A DNA stretch of 64,000 nt from Thecamonas trahens ATCC 50062 (Eukaryota > Protista > Apusomonadida), in contig NW_013657613.1 of NCBI RefSeq assembly GCF_000142905.1, forward strand, positions 90,231-154,230, given 5' to 3'. Below are positions 20,717 to 33,328 of the stretch, one piece after another (the first letter of the stretch is position 1; every line of letters starts with the position of its first letter). The notes under the pieces are model-generated. The model did not search any database and was not told the DNA's origin. It saw only the letters and a list, made by a program, of their open reading frames with translations. The position numbers and the translations under genes were made by a program.

Positions 20717-21433
20717 TCTGAGGTACTCTTCTGTTCAGAGTGAAATACCCTCTACCTCCCCCTCCCCCCCCCCCCCCCTCCCCCTCGCTCAACCTCCGCG
20801 CAACTCTCGCCTGTCCCTCGCAATGGTCGCCGAGGTAAGCGGTTTTGCCCGAATTTTCTATTTCACGTGTTTCTTCATGAATCCTCCCCCAGCTAAACCA
20901 ACTATCTATCTAGCCAAGACCGATGGCTTATAGCCATGAAAAAAGGCCTCTGTCAATGTGGTTATACGGTCCTCTTACTGTATGGCCTACGTATGAGTCG
21001 ATTGGAGAGAGTGATGCCTGGTGATTGGCGGGCTGGCTGGCTCGATCGCGCGCGCGCACACACACACACATACACTCGCTCACGCTCTCGTTGATCTGCG
21101 TCGTGTGGAGCAAAGTCAGCACCATAACATGGACATCAGACATGATGCTCGGATGAAGATAATGCTCTGATGGCGATTGCGCTTGTCCTTCCCCCCGGCA
21201 CGCTTGAGTTCGATCTGCAGATGGAACTGCCCTGGACCTGGTCGTCGTCGCGGGCTCACGATAAGATGTTGATATCATCACGAAAGCGGTATCATCCACA
21301 TTGAACAAGAATCTGACCCCCTCTGAGCGCTCCGAGTCGCAGTGATGTCGGAGCGGTCATAATCTGGGCAGAACCTGGCTCCCGATTCCCGACGATGATG
21401 ATGACGATGAAGACCATGATGACGATGAAGACC

Positions 21434-21475
<42 letters not shown>

Positions 21476-21705
21476 ATGGTGATGATCAGGCAGCCTGCGC
21501 ATACTTAGTCTCCTATCCCCATCACGCACCTGGCCATCATGGCGAGTCTGAATCCAAACTTGGCGCGCAGCGCCAAGGCGTGCTTCCCGCCCCACCCGCA
21601 CCCATCACCTCCAAGCATCAGCTACGGCCACTCCACCCCCACGTGCAACCCCCACCCAGACAAACCACACCGAATACATCTTTTCTATATACTCACCGAG
21701 TTTCA

Positions 21706-24700
21706 ATGGCGTCAAGGCCATACTCGCCCATTGCGAGCCCAAGACCTGTGACGCCCACCTCTGACCTTGCTGCGGCTTCGATCATGTCGAAGAGTGATGA
21801 TATGATGATGAGCAAGCATGGCCATGAGGCTGACCAAGATCATCATCATGATCACGACAACAATCATGACAAAGGTCTTGATCAAGATGGCCACGACTCG
21901 GTGCCTGGGACGAACGACGCCAGCCGACGGCCCCAAGCTCAGCCAGCTTCCCGCCCTTTTGCAGCCTCGGACGGCTTGCTGCGAACGCCACCACCAGCCA
22001 TGCGCAAGGGCTTTGCGAGGGACGGGGACTCGGACGAGATGCTTGCGGACGAGCCGTCACCAAGGACCTTTGTGCCGTCGCCCACGCCTCCGCCCACCTC
22101 ACCGGCCGCTCCATCGCCTGTTCCTGGTGGCGAGAGCAGCTCGAGTGCTGACGAGCCTGATGGAAGCGAGCGCCAGCGGAAGCGCTCGATTCTGGCGCAG
22201 CTCAACTCCAAGGAGGCCCAGGATCGCCGCCAGCGAAGCAAGGCTGCGGTTGCATCGAGCCTAGTTCTTGACTCGGTTGTCCGGGTCTCCAACACGGGTC
22301 ACTTTGGCGTCATTCGTTTTGTGGGTGAGACCAAGTTTGCGCCGGGCCTTTGGGTCGGCCTCGAGATGGAGGAGCCTGTCGGCAAGCACGACGGTCTCCG
22401 AGATGGCGTGCGGTACTTTCAGGCCCGATACAAGCACGCGCTCTTTGTGCGGCCGTCGCGGGTCAAGGTCATTCTCCGCCCGCACGTAAGCGCGTCTGTT
22501 GCATCGCCACCGCGTCCGTCGACTGCCCCAGCAGTCTCGGCGCCGCGGTCGTCGACAAGCGTGCCGGCAACAACCGCGACTTCGACTCACTTTTCGCGCC
22601 GCTCGCGGTCCGAGCTCGACCGCTCGCGCGCGTACCGCGATCGCGACATGCTCGCCAAGCTCAGCGTTGGCACCCGCGTCACACTCCGCGATCGTAGTGT
22701 GCCGGGCACAGTCGCTTACATCGGCCGAATCGACCGCCCGGCCCACACCTCCCGCCCTGCCACTGCCAGCCGCAGTCAAAAGGAGGTCAGCGACGTCTTT
22801 GTTGGCGTTGCGCTCGACGTCGCCGCCGGCAAGAACGATGGCTCAGTCAAAGGCACCCGGTTCTTCACCTGCAAGCCACAACACGGGGTCTTTGTCCGCC
22901 CCTCGGCCCTTGCCCTACTCAAGGTCAAACTCAAGCCGCAGGCTGTCGCCGGTGCAACGCCAGAGTCTACCGGCGCCTCAGCTCCACCACCGGCACTTTC
23001 GCTGCCGGTCAAGCCGACGCCGCGCCCGGCCCGCCACCAGCGGTCATTACAGGGCCATCGGGCTCGCTCTCACCGTCGACAGCGTCGGGGCCATCGACGC
23101 CGACCTCGCCCGAGGACGCGAACCGGTCGTTTTCGTTCTCAGGCTACGACGAGTGCCTCTCAGGCCCATTGGCCGAGCCATCGGACGGCCTCTTGCCGAA
23201 GCGCAAGTCACCGGGGCGGCGGCGGCTCGGCAGTTCGCCGTCAATAGCCAAGACGGGAGCGGGCGCGGGCGCAAACGCAAGCAAGAAGCCGCGGGCGTCG
23301 CGGACGCTCGGCTTTCGGCTCGGCGCTACTGAGCCGCCGGCGCGAGCTTTAGATCCGGATACCACTCCAGCGCCTGCCCGCGATTACACCTGGAACGAGC
23401 GGTTTCAGGAAGTGGTTCACCTGCCAGCACTCACGCCTGCGCAGGCCGAGGTCAAGGCGCAGGCCATCGCGCAGCTGTCGCAGGAGCTGGTGGCAGCGGC
23501 GACGCCGGTCGTCAAGACCATTGTCAACGAGCTCCACATTCCGTTCCCGGACAAGACTATCAAGCCGGTGACGCAGAGCGTGGGCGGAATGGCCGGTGGC
23601 GACAAGTACATTCGCGATGGCCTGTTCTTCAAGCTCGCTCGCGACGTGACCGGAGCGTACGGCGGGGATGAGAACGCGGCACACGCGGCGCACCACGAAA
23701 TGGATGCGCTTGCGGCACTGCTCAAGGCCAACATTCCGGGCCTACACTTTCCGCTCACGGCAGTCATTTCGTACTGCGGGCACACGGTGTCGGTCGCATC
23801 GCTGCTCCCGATCGATGCCAGCACACTGGTGTACGGGTCTGCTGACGGCGGAGCGACGCTTGTCAAGTCGAACCACGATATGGATGCGATGATGCAGCTT
23901 GCAGGCTCGGCGCTTAACCTCAAGGGCCACGTGGTGAGCGGCTCGCGGAGTGTGGCGGCCGGCTCGCGGCGGAGCGACGCCTTTGTGTTTCACGGTCCAG
24001 CCGACATGGAAGGCCATCTCGGGCACGATGGACGGTTCTATGTGGTCGACATGGCCCGTTTGTTTCCGCCCGAAGCACCGGCGAGTGACGCGCCCAAGGG
24101 CACCATCTTGTACCGACTGCTGCGGCCCGAGGCTGTGGCGGCGGCGCCGACGCCGCTGTCGTCGGACGCGTTCTCGCGGATGGGCCGCCACAATCACCAT
24201 CTGCACAACACCGAGGTGGCTCATGCCACGGCGGCACTCTACACGCACACCATTCCCGTGCTGGCTAGGGAGCTCCTGGCGGCCGAGTCGGAGCACGCAC
24301 TGTCGGCAACGGCGCTCGCCAGTTCAAGTCTCGGCTTTTTTGCGTCGCGCGGGCTCTCGACCCGGCACCTCGGCGCGTTGCGATCGCACGTGCCTGCAGC
24401 TTCCGACGGCGTGGCTGCACACTTGCGCGAGTGGTTGACGACGTACATGGTGGCGCACACGTTTGGGGCGCAGTTGTCTGCGTCGTTGCGGCGGACGCTG
24501 CGCAAGCGGCGCAACCGGATCTCGCGCAAGACGCTTGTGGTACAGCATTTCAACGCGCTGCTCGCGTGGCAGGTGACGGATCCATTTGGCATTGTGGCCT
24601 CGATGGGCAAGACCCGTCTGGCCAAGCCTGGGCGGCGGTGTCCGCTGGGCGGCTTTTGGTGTGGCGCGCTGTTTCGCGGCATTGAGAAGCGGTTTGTGGG

Positions 24701-27278
24701 CTTTCCGGACGTCCATGACGGAGCCGTGCCCAAGGCTGCGGCTGTGCCTGTGGCGTCGACGCTGACGGCCTGTCCGCGGTGCGCATGGCTACGCGGAGCG
24801 GTTGATCGTGAGCTGGTGTTCAAGATGGCGTGTGCGACGACAGGCGTTCGATTCGAGGTGACCTCGTCGTACCTTGCGCCCGAGACGATGGCGCCGCTAA
24901 GCGTGGAGCAGCTTGCAGGCGTAGGGGTGGTCTCGCGGCACCTGGAGGTACTCCCGCTTGTTCATGCCTCGACCGAGCTTGACACAGTGTATGCGAGCGA
25001 GCTTGCACGGCTGGCGCGACTGGCGGACGAGGCTGGCGCGCGGGGTCTTGATGGCGCGCAGGTGAGCGGAGGCGGGTTCTTGATCCCGCAGCTGCAAGTG
25101 GCTGTGGACGCGACGGTGCCAGGGCGAGCGGTCAAGGTGGTGCGGGCCATGGTGCGGGTCCATCTCAATGTGGCAGAGCTTGCCGCAGCGTCAGGCGAGG
25201 AGGCGCAGGCGGTGTCGGCGTTCCGGGCTGGGCTTCATCTGGCGGGCCTGGTGTGGGGAACTGGTGATCTGGCACATCTCTATGCATGGCAGCAGTACGC
25301 AGATGTGGTGTCTCGGATGGACGGTGGCGGGCTTCAAGTGGCTCGGGTCACGTACGAGTGGCTACTTGCACAGCTGCCTGGAGCGCCGGGCCCGCCGCCG
25401 ACGGCGCAGGCAGTGCCGCTGTATGTAGATGTGCAGAACAATCTGGGCAATGTGTTGATGGCGTTGGGTGACGAGGCAGGAGCTGTGGAGGCGTACTCGG
25501 CGGCGGTTGCGCTGCGGGAAGCGGATGGTATGCGTGCTGAGGCGCTGGTCAACGTCCTCAATAACCTAGCGCTGGCTCACTCGAGCAGCGAGCCGGACAA
25601 GGCGCTGGCGCTCTTCCAGCGAACACTCAAGCTGCTTGACGGCGGGTTGGTGATGGACAAGGCAGCGCGTGCGATGGTGCTGAACAACATGGCGGTGCTT
25701 GTGGAGCGGTCGCTGGTGGACGTAGCAGGTGGAGGCGGCGGGCTACTAGCGCCTGCGCGGCGGATGAGTCAGGTGAGCGGGGCAGAGGCGCGGGTGCTGG
25801 CGATGTACTCACGGGCGCACGCGCTCAAGGCGAAGAGCCTGCCGGCAGATGATGAGCGGCTGGCGTCGACGGCGTTCAATCTGGGGCGGCTTGCGGTGGT
25901 GCTGGGGTGCTACGGCGAGGCGCTGCCGTATCTGACGCCGCTGGCGGCATCGGGTTCGACCGAGGCTGGGGTGCTTGTGGCGCGTGCGCACATCGGACTG
26001 GGTGCGCCAAGCAAGGCGCTGCCTGTGCTCTATGGACTTGTGGAGGACGCGCGACGCGGTGTGCGGCGCGGGAGCGAGCGAAAGGCTGTATTTGCAGCGG
26101 TGTGCGCGCTGGCAGAGCACTACGAGGCGCTGGCGGGCGCGCAAGCGGCGGCGGGACAGCTGAGCGGCGCGCGGCGGAGCTATCTGCTGCTACTGCAGAT
26201 GCTTGCGCGGGTGTATGGGCCGCGGCATCCTGTGCTGTGCCGGCCGTTGCGGCGTGTGGCGCAGGTGCTTGTGGGCGAGTGCAAGTTTGACGGCGCGCGG
26301 CAAGCGCTGGCGTACGCATGCGGGATTTGCGACGCAGTGTTCGGGCCCGAGGTGACTGCGCTGTCGGGAATGATGGCGGCGCTGGGGCATGTGGTGTGCG
26401 GGGTAGGCAGCTCTGCCGAGAGCGTGTCGCTTGCGGGCGCGCTGTTTGCGTTTGACGCGCAGACAGCAGAGCTTGCGCACGGGGCGTCGTCGCCGCGGAT
26501 GGTTGATGCGCTCAACAATCTCGGGTGGTGCCAGCTGCAGGCCGGCGAAGTGGGCCGCGCGGTAGCGGTGTTTGAGCGAGCGCTTGCCGCGTCCAAGGAG
26601 GCGTCCGATGGAGCGCATCTGGGCGCGCGGGCACGGGTGCTGAACAATCTGGCGTTTGTGCGGCTGGAGGCGAGCGAGTTTGACGAAGCCGAGGCGCTGC
26701 TGCGGCGGGCATTGTTCATTTGCGAGCGGGTGCGCGGGCCTGAGCACATCGACCTTGCGGTGGTGCTGACCAACTTGGCAGGAGTCTACGTCCGGACCGG
26801 CAACTACACACTCGCTGAGTCGATGCTCTACCAGTCGTTGCGAATCAAGACCAAGGTGCTCTCGCCTGCGCACCCGTCGCTGGTGGCTAACCTGGAGCTC
26901 CTGGCCGGTCTCCACGCGTCACGCGGGCAGATGGCAACGGCGCGGCGGCTACTGGAGGGCGCGCAGGCGGCGGCAGAACGGGCGCTCGGCAGCGAGCATC
27001 CGCTGCTGGCGCGGATGCGCGAGAACACCGCGCTGGTTCAGGCCGGATCGATGGTGACGGCGAGCTCGGCCTGGCTCACCGCCGACCACCTCATTGTCGC
27101 CCGCGAAGCACCCGTCCACGCCATCGGCAACAACGGCGGCTCGCTTGTGGTCCCGCAAGCTCAGCTCTGGCAGGACTTTCCGGCCGATGTTGAGGCTGTC
27201 CGCTGTGCTGCCGACGCCTCTGACCTCTTGCCGTGGAGCGATGTGGTGGGCGAGAACGGAGCTGACAGTTATAGTTAG
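21706..27278 (+). CDS. 2x CAP-Gly + Clu domain + TPR protein (needs a 1-nt frameshift near 23030)
   Basis: CAP-Gly motifs GVIRFVGETKFAPGLWVGLE...GKHDG and FVGVALD...GKNDGSVKGTRFF. Clu motifs WNERFQ, GGMAGGDKY, TLVYGSADGG, DMEGHLGHDGRFYVVDMARLFPP and LLRPE. Kinesin-light-chain-like TPRs follow. The Clu frame is open back to ~23031 with no ATG of its own there. Confidence 0.8.
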
Positions 27279-27524
27279 ATGAATGACATGCATAGATGAC
27301 AGCAGATGACCGCGATGGATGATGGTGACAGTGTGCGATGGCTCGCTGCGAGGGTTGGCAAAGGCGGCAGTGCGGGTGAGCTGGGGTGAGGGGAGGAAGC
27401 GGCGCTATTAGAGGGCACTTTTTGGTGCGCCCCTTTTTGCAGCTGAATGAATGGCAAAACGGCTACCACTGGCACTGAACGTCACACGGTCACACGGCTC
27501 TCTGCAAGACAAGCTCGCCCAAGC

Positions 27525-29371
27525 ATGTCCGGCATAGCCAAGTGGGACTTTGAGGGGCGAGAGTATGGCGACGCAACATTTGTTGCAGGCGACCGCATAG
27601 AGTGTATCTTCCTCACAGACCACCCTGAATGGTACGCATGGCGGTGTGGGTTGTGGGGGGGTTGGGGGGGGGGGGTTGGGGAGGGTGGCGGGGAGGGGGG
27701 AAGGAGAGGGAGGGAAGGGGGTTGGGGGTGGGGGGGAGTAAGGGCAAGACTATGTGTGTCTTCAGCATGTGTGTCTTCAGCATGTGTGTCTTCAGCATGT
27801 GTGTGTGTGTGTGTGTGTTTATGTGTGTGTATGGAGGGGAGAGGGTTGGGAGCGGGTTGCTGAGCCGAGCGTAGCTAGCTGGCGACGCATGCGCATGTTT
27901 ACGGCCTTTCTCCGCCGCTCGGCGATTGCGCGGAGGGGAGGCGGGGGGGGGGGGCAACTATGTACCGCTCCTTGGTGCGAGGGAAGAAGGGAAATGGCGT
28001 GAGTTTTGGATATGTTAGGGTGGACAATGCATAGCACAGACTTGTGCTTCTTGCATGTGTTTACCTGTTACGGTGGGGGCGGGTAGCCCCTGCCCCGTCC
28101 CGTCCCGCAACGTGGTGATCAATTCCCGCGAGATCATGACCGGTTTGATCACGAGTGGGTGGCGGGGGAGGGGGGGGGGGTACGCAGAAGGAATGGAGAA
28201 AGTTACTGACGTGAGAGTGTGGCTACAGGTACATTGGAACTGTTGCGGGCAAGGTGCCGAGTGTGGGGATTTTTCCGGCCAAGTACGTGGAGCTAGAGGC
28301 CGAGAGCAACGAGGTGTTGGCCTTGCCCACCCGCGGGGTGGTGACCAAGCCGTTTCGGCTGAACGAGCAGGGGTGGGGCAAGGCCCTGCCGGAGGAAGCG
28401 GCAAGCAAGCTGCTGGAGCTGGAGACCGGCGACTTTGTGTACTTTGTCATGACCACTGCCGCGGACGACTGGCTCTACGGCGAGTCGCACGGGGAATGTG
28501 GTTATTTTCCGGCGGCGGTGGTCAACCTCCTCGAGCCGGTCTACCCGCCAGAGATCCCTCCGCGCAAGGTCGGCCCTGCCACGAGTGGAAGCGGCGACAA
28601 GGGCGAGAGCCAGGGTGAGGGCGAGGACGGCGTGCCTAAGATGCGCGAGCGAGCGTTTTCCGGGCCGCGGCGGCGATCCGGGACAGGACCGCTGCCGTGG
28701 ATGCCCGACGCGGCGCGGCTGAAGTCGCGGACGCGGGCCGAGTCGGATACGCAGCAGCGCGGGATTGGTGGTGGCGAGGGCGGCGAGCGGCGATCGACGA
28801 TGGCAGCGGGGCGGCGGCGGCTGCCGACGCCCGGCGAGGGCCACAAGGCTGTGGCCGGACGGCGCTGTCGGTGTCGGGCAAGCGCGACCTGCCTGCGCCG
28901 CCGATGGCGCCCAAGCCAGCGACGCTGCCTGGAGCTGCGAGCGATGGCGAGAGTGAGGCGCGGGCGGCTGCGCCGCCACCACCGGTTGCGGGCTCGACGC
29001 TTGCTGTGCGCAAAGTGCTGTACCTTGCCACGGCCCTGTACGCGTACTCGGACAATGAGGTTGCCCGGCTCGAGGTGGAGGTTGGCGACCAGTTTGAAGT
29101 CCTCAACGACAAGGGCGATTGGTGGTGGGTCTACTCCAAGCGGCTGGAGAAGGAAGGCTACGTGCCGGGCAACTACATGGAGCGGGTTGCAGCAAGCGAG
29201 GCCGGCGTGCCGAGTGCAATGAGCACGAGCGCAGAGGCTGGCCGGCCTGAAGTGCAGTCCAAGCCCAAGAGCAAAGGCAAGAAGAAGAAGAAGGCTGCGC
29301 CGCCGCAGCTGCCGTCGCGGGCCAAGTCCAAGCTGTATCAGAAGAAGGGCCAGTTGCCGGTGAATGGGTAA
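27525..29371 (+). CDS. Triple-SH3 adaptor protein; 2 exons plus a 1-nt frameshift near 28855
   Basis: Exon 27525-27631, intron 27632-28228 (GTACGC...ACTGAC...CAG, phase 2), which restores SH3 AKWDF...EWYIG...GIFPAKYV. The second SH3 is DWLYG..GYFPAAVV. The third SH3, ALYAY...DWW...GYVPGNYM, lies in the shifted frame. Confidence 0.85.
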
Positions 29372-29417
29372 AGAAGAGAAGACAGGAGGAACGTGGATGG
29401 GAGGGAGGTATAGCCCT

Positions 29418-30514
29418 TTAACAGGAGGACATGACAGCGGCGCGGATCTTAGAAATGAGGCTCATGATCTCTTCCGAGTCTGGGCGGTCCTTGAAAGCGG
29501 CTGCGGCGAGGTGAGCGGTGATGCTTGCCGGGTCCGTGGGCGAGACCTCGGACTTTTTCACCTTCTTGGTCGACTTGTCGGAGAGCGGGAGCTTGCCGGT
29601 GGTGCGGTAGCGCTCGACGGCCTTTGCGGCCTTTGCCCTGGACGCCTCCTTGCGCTTCTGCTTCTTGAGCTTCTCATTCTGCAGGAACTTGTGGATGAGT
29701 GACGAGTCGAGGATGTTGTCCTCGCTCTCCCAGGTGGCCTGGGCGACAGGAAAGTCCTTCCACTTGATGAGGTACTCGCGGCGGCCCTTGCGGAGGCGCT
29801 TGCGGAGGATGTCCTCGACCACATACACGCCGTCTTCCAGCTCCTGGTCCGACTCGTCAGCCATGTCGGTGTCGCCCGCGCCGGTGTTTTCGGCACGGCG
29901 GCGCAGCATACGCAGCTTGCGCTCGTTGGTCGAGCCCTTTGGCCGCCCGCGGCGCTTCTTGGGCTTGCTCGCCGAGCTCTGACCGCCGCTCGCCGCCGCT
30001 GTGCTCTTCTGCCGCTTGGGGGTCGGCAGCTCCTCGCCCCCGCTGGCGTTTCCAGCTTCGTCCATGATCAGCAGCACGCTCGCGGCGGCAGCTCCAGCCG
30101 AGTCTGTTGGCGCGGATGCGGCGACGGCCACCGACGAGCTTGCCGAGCCTGCCTTCTTCCGCGACGCCGAGCGCTTGCGCTTCCGCGACTTGTCATTAGC
30201 GACGACCATGTCCTCAACCTTGTTGCTGATGTCCTCGGAGGACTCTTGCGAAGGTCCTTCCGACGAGCTCGAAGCCTTTGGCATCTCTTCCACGTCATTG
30301 TCATCATCAACCAGACTCACATCATCAACTCCACCAGACGATGATGCCTTGGTGGCCTTTCTGTCGTCTGCCGACGGAATGGATGACTTGGGCGACTTGC
30401 CATCATCATCATCATGATCAGCAGCAGGCGAACGAGGGGCAGCAGCCGTGGCAGCCGATGAAGTCGAACGAGTGTCACCAGCAGCACCAGCAGCACCAGC
30501 AGCACCAGCAGCAC

Positions 30515-30546
<32 letters not shown>

Positions 30547-30746
30547 GCACCAGCAGCAGCAGTAGCACCAGCAGCAGCACCAGCACCAGCAGCACCAGCA
30601 GCAGCAGTAGCAAGGGCAGTCGTCCGTCCACTTGCTTCCTTCCCCATAGACAGAGCAAAGGCAAGTCGCATCTGCCGCTCTTCGTCAAGGGTAGGTGGCT
30701 CGAGTCGCTTAGGCGCACGTCGCCTCCGGGAGCCAGGTCGCGGCAT
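29418..30746 (-). CDS. UIM + AT-hook + chromodomain protein
   Basis: UIM-like LDEERQMRLAFALSM. AT-hook KKRRGRPKG. Chromodomain YVVEDILRKRLRKGRREYLIKWKDF....TWESEDNILD. ATG at 30746. Confidence 0.88.
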
Positions 30747-30895
30747 GGCTAGTGTAGGAGGGGAGAAGGGAGGGAGAGGGGGGAAGGGGGGAAGGGGGGG
30801 AGGGGGGGGGGGGGGTATGCGAGAAGGGTGTGGGGTGTTGGAGAGAGAGTGTGTGTGGAGTGTGTGTATGTGTGTGTGGTGGGGGTGGCTCGAAT

Positions 30896-30995
30896 NNNNN
30901 NNNNNNNNNNNNNNNNNNNNNNNNNNNNNNNNNNNNNNNNNNNNNNNNNNNNNNNNNNNNNNNNNNNNNNNNNNNNNNNNNNNNNNNNNNNNNNN
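30896..30995. other. Assembly gap (100 N)
   Basis: Run of N. Confidence 1.
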
Positions 30996-31271
30996 AGTAA
31001 CATAATCCCTGTGGTGTGGCGGGAGGTGGTTTGGTTGGTCGGGGGAGGGGAGGGGAGGGGAGGGGAGGGGGGAGGGGAGGGGGATTGTCAGTGGGCGGTT
31101 GTGTCCCTTGTCGACAAGGTGGTTGGTCTTCACGATGTGTTTGAATTGGGTTCGAATTGGATGGGGGGTTTTTTTTTGAGGGCAAGTGGGCGGTGATGGT
31201 GATGGGCATGGGTGATGGTGATGGATGGGGGGGGAAGAGGCATGGGTGATGGTGATGGTGCTGGTGGCCTG

Positions 31272-32747
31272 TTACGACTGAAGAGTGGCAAGATGGGCCC
31301 AGAGATCGGTGGTAAACGCGCTGGCGTCCGAGTCTAGGAGCGGGGTGACGGAAGTGAGGAGGGTGTCGCGGGCCGAGTCGTCGCGCGGCGCAAGATGCGA
31401 GATGACCATGCTCACAAAGTCGGTGTCGACCTCACCAAAGAGAGCTGTGGCCTTGGTCTTCAGCCAGGGGCGGACGGCGTCGGCGAGGGCATCAGCGTCC
31501 GGGAGAGCAGCCCAGTCGAGGGTGGCCGGCGAGGCACGAGAGCGGCTGGAACGCTTGCGGCGCTTGCGGCGGCGCGGGGCGTCCGAGCCGCCGGATGCAG
31601 CATCGTCCGAGCCGGCCGAAGCTTGCGAGTTGTTGTCGGCATCGTCGTCGTCGCCCGAGGCGTCGTCGTCTGAGCCGTGGCGGTGGCGGCGGCGGCGGCG
31701 CTTCTTGCGCTTCTTGCGCTTGCGCTTGCGGCGGCCCGAGGCGTCGTCTGCGTCTGCGCCTGCGTCTGCGTCTGCCTCGCCCGACGCAGCCTCGTTGTGG
31801 CCTTCGTCGGCGTCGCCGCGCTCCTGCCGCTCAGCGCGGCGGTCCTCGTCGTCGCGCATGGCCTCCATGCGGCGGGCGGCGGCGCGGCCGGGAGCGCGGG
31901 AACGGGCCATCTCGGTCGCGTACATGTTGTCGTCCGGAAGCAGGTCGACGCTGTGGGCGTCGAGGTTGGCCAGGCCAAGCGAGGCCAGAGCGGCACAGCG
32001 CTCAGCATCCGCAGCCTTGGCAGCCGCCTCGTCGGCGAGGATGGCAGCACGGCGCGACTCGCGGCGGAGCCACTGCTTGACGGCAACCTGGTAGGCGCGG
32101 TCGGCGGCAAGCTTCTCCGACTCGAGAGCATCCGCCCGCATCTGAATTGCATGCTTCCGGCGCTCATCTCGCTCGGCACGAGCACGGAGTTCGCGATCCT
32201 CTGCAGCAGCACGATGGCGATCGTAGTTCTCGACGGAAGAGCGGAAGCGAGACTTTTCCTTTGCCAGCAGATCATCATCATCACCATCACCATCACCATC
32301 ATCCCCACCATGACCATGACCATGACCATGACGACGAGCAGAGCGATCAGACGACAAAGTAGTAGTAGCAGCAGCAGCATTTGCCATAGTGGTCGAGTAG
32401 TGGTTTGCGAGGAGTTGATCGAGTTTGAGACGAATCTTTGCTCTCCTTGCCGAAGCCGAGTCATCCGGAGGAAGAGCAGCGAGAGCGTCTGCCAATTGAG
32501 CATCGACCTTGATTTCCAAACAAGTGTCATCAATACGAAAGCCATTGAGGAGAGCAAGGGCATCTCCCACATGACTCACTTGATCATACTCTGCAATGCC
32601 AAAGGTAGCAAAGGTCTCCGGTGACTTGGGCTCCGCCACTCGTTGCAGGTTGTCCACCTTGCCTACAGCAGAGAGGAGCGAGTGGAGGAGGCTGTTGGGC
32701 ACTCGCGGGGGAATGCTCCCCACAAACACTGCGTGGGGTCCGCTCAT
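31272..32747 (-). CDS. RBM25: RBM25/Snu71-like splicing factor (RRM, R/E-rich coil, PWI)
   Basis: N-terminal RRM (AVFVGSIP...FGIAEY...ALALLNG...LEIKVD), QWLRRE, and PWI LDW...VRPWLKTKATALFGEVD...LDSDASAFTTDLW. Confidence 0.82.
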   Translation of the reverse strand: MSGPHAVFVGSIPPRVPNSLLHSLLSAVGKVDNLQRVAEPKSPETFATFGIAEYDQVSHVGDALALLNGFRIDDTCLEIKVDAQLADALAALPPDDSASARRAKIRLKLDQLLANHYSTTMANAAAATTTLSSDRSARRHGHGHGHGGDDGDGDGDDDDLLAKEKSRFRSSVENYDRHRAAAEDRELRARAERDERRKHAIQMRADALESEKLAADRAYQVAVKQWLRRESRRAAILADEAAAKAADAERCAALASLGLANLDAHSVDLLPDDNMYATEMARSRAPGRAAARRMEAMRDDEDRRAERQERGDADEGHNEAASGEADADAGADADDASGRRKRKRKKRKKRRRRRHRHGSDDDASGDDDDADNNSQASAGSDDAASGGSDAPRRRKRRKRSSRSRASPATLDWAALPDADALADAVRPWLKTKATALFGEVDTDFVSMVISHLAPRDDSARDTLLTSVTPLLDSDASAFTTDLWAHLATLQS

Positions 32748-32754
32748 GTCGACT

Positions 32755-33000
32755 GGGGCGTGGGCGTGGTGAGGGCGGCGGGCGTGGGCGTGGGGGTGGG
32801 CGTGGGCGTGGGCGTGGGGGTGGGCGTGGGGGTGGGCGTGGGCGTGGTGAGGTGGTGGGGACGGTCGACGACTTGGTTGGGCCTGCGTCGGGCGAATCGG
32901 GCGAATCGGGCGAATCGGTCGGTCGGTCGGTCGGTCGGTCGGTCGGTCGGTCGGTCGGTCGGTCGGTCGGTCGGTCGGTTGGTTGGTCGGCCTGTTAGCG
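32755..33000. repeat. Microsatellite cluster: (GGCGTG/GGGGTG)n, (GGGCGAATC)3, (GGTC)n
   Basis: Read directly upstream of the RBM25-like start codon. Confidence 0.9.
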
Positions 33001-33328
33001 AGCTCATCGGCCAGTCAATTGGTCTGTTAGCGAGCTGATCAGTCGGTCAAGGAGTTGATCGGTCGGTCGAGGAGTTGATGGGTCGGTCGGTTGGTGTGTC
33101 GGTCGTTCGGTCGGACGAGAAGGTGTTGGGTGAGGGGAACCAGGTCAGCGGGCGGGATCACAGGATCTGACGCGGGCACGATTTAAAGAGCGTCTGCTCA
33201 TTGTGACGGGCTCGCACACACCACAAATGATCAAGACGGCTTTATGGGGAAGGAGGGGCGGGAAACAGTTAACATATTTGATGTGGTGGTGAAATGGACG
33301 GCCGATGGGTGGTGGTTGGGCCAGGCGG

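Noticed and set aside
28114-28152. Intronic hairpin GTGATCAA...TTGATCAC as an ncRNA
   Set aside because: It is only an 8-bp stem with no other ncRNA features.
31140-31165. tRNA T-loop-like GGTTCGAAT
   Set aside because: There is no cloverleaf or A-box around it.
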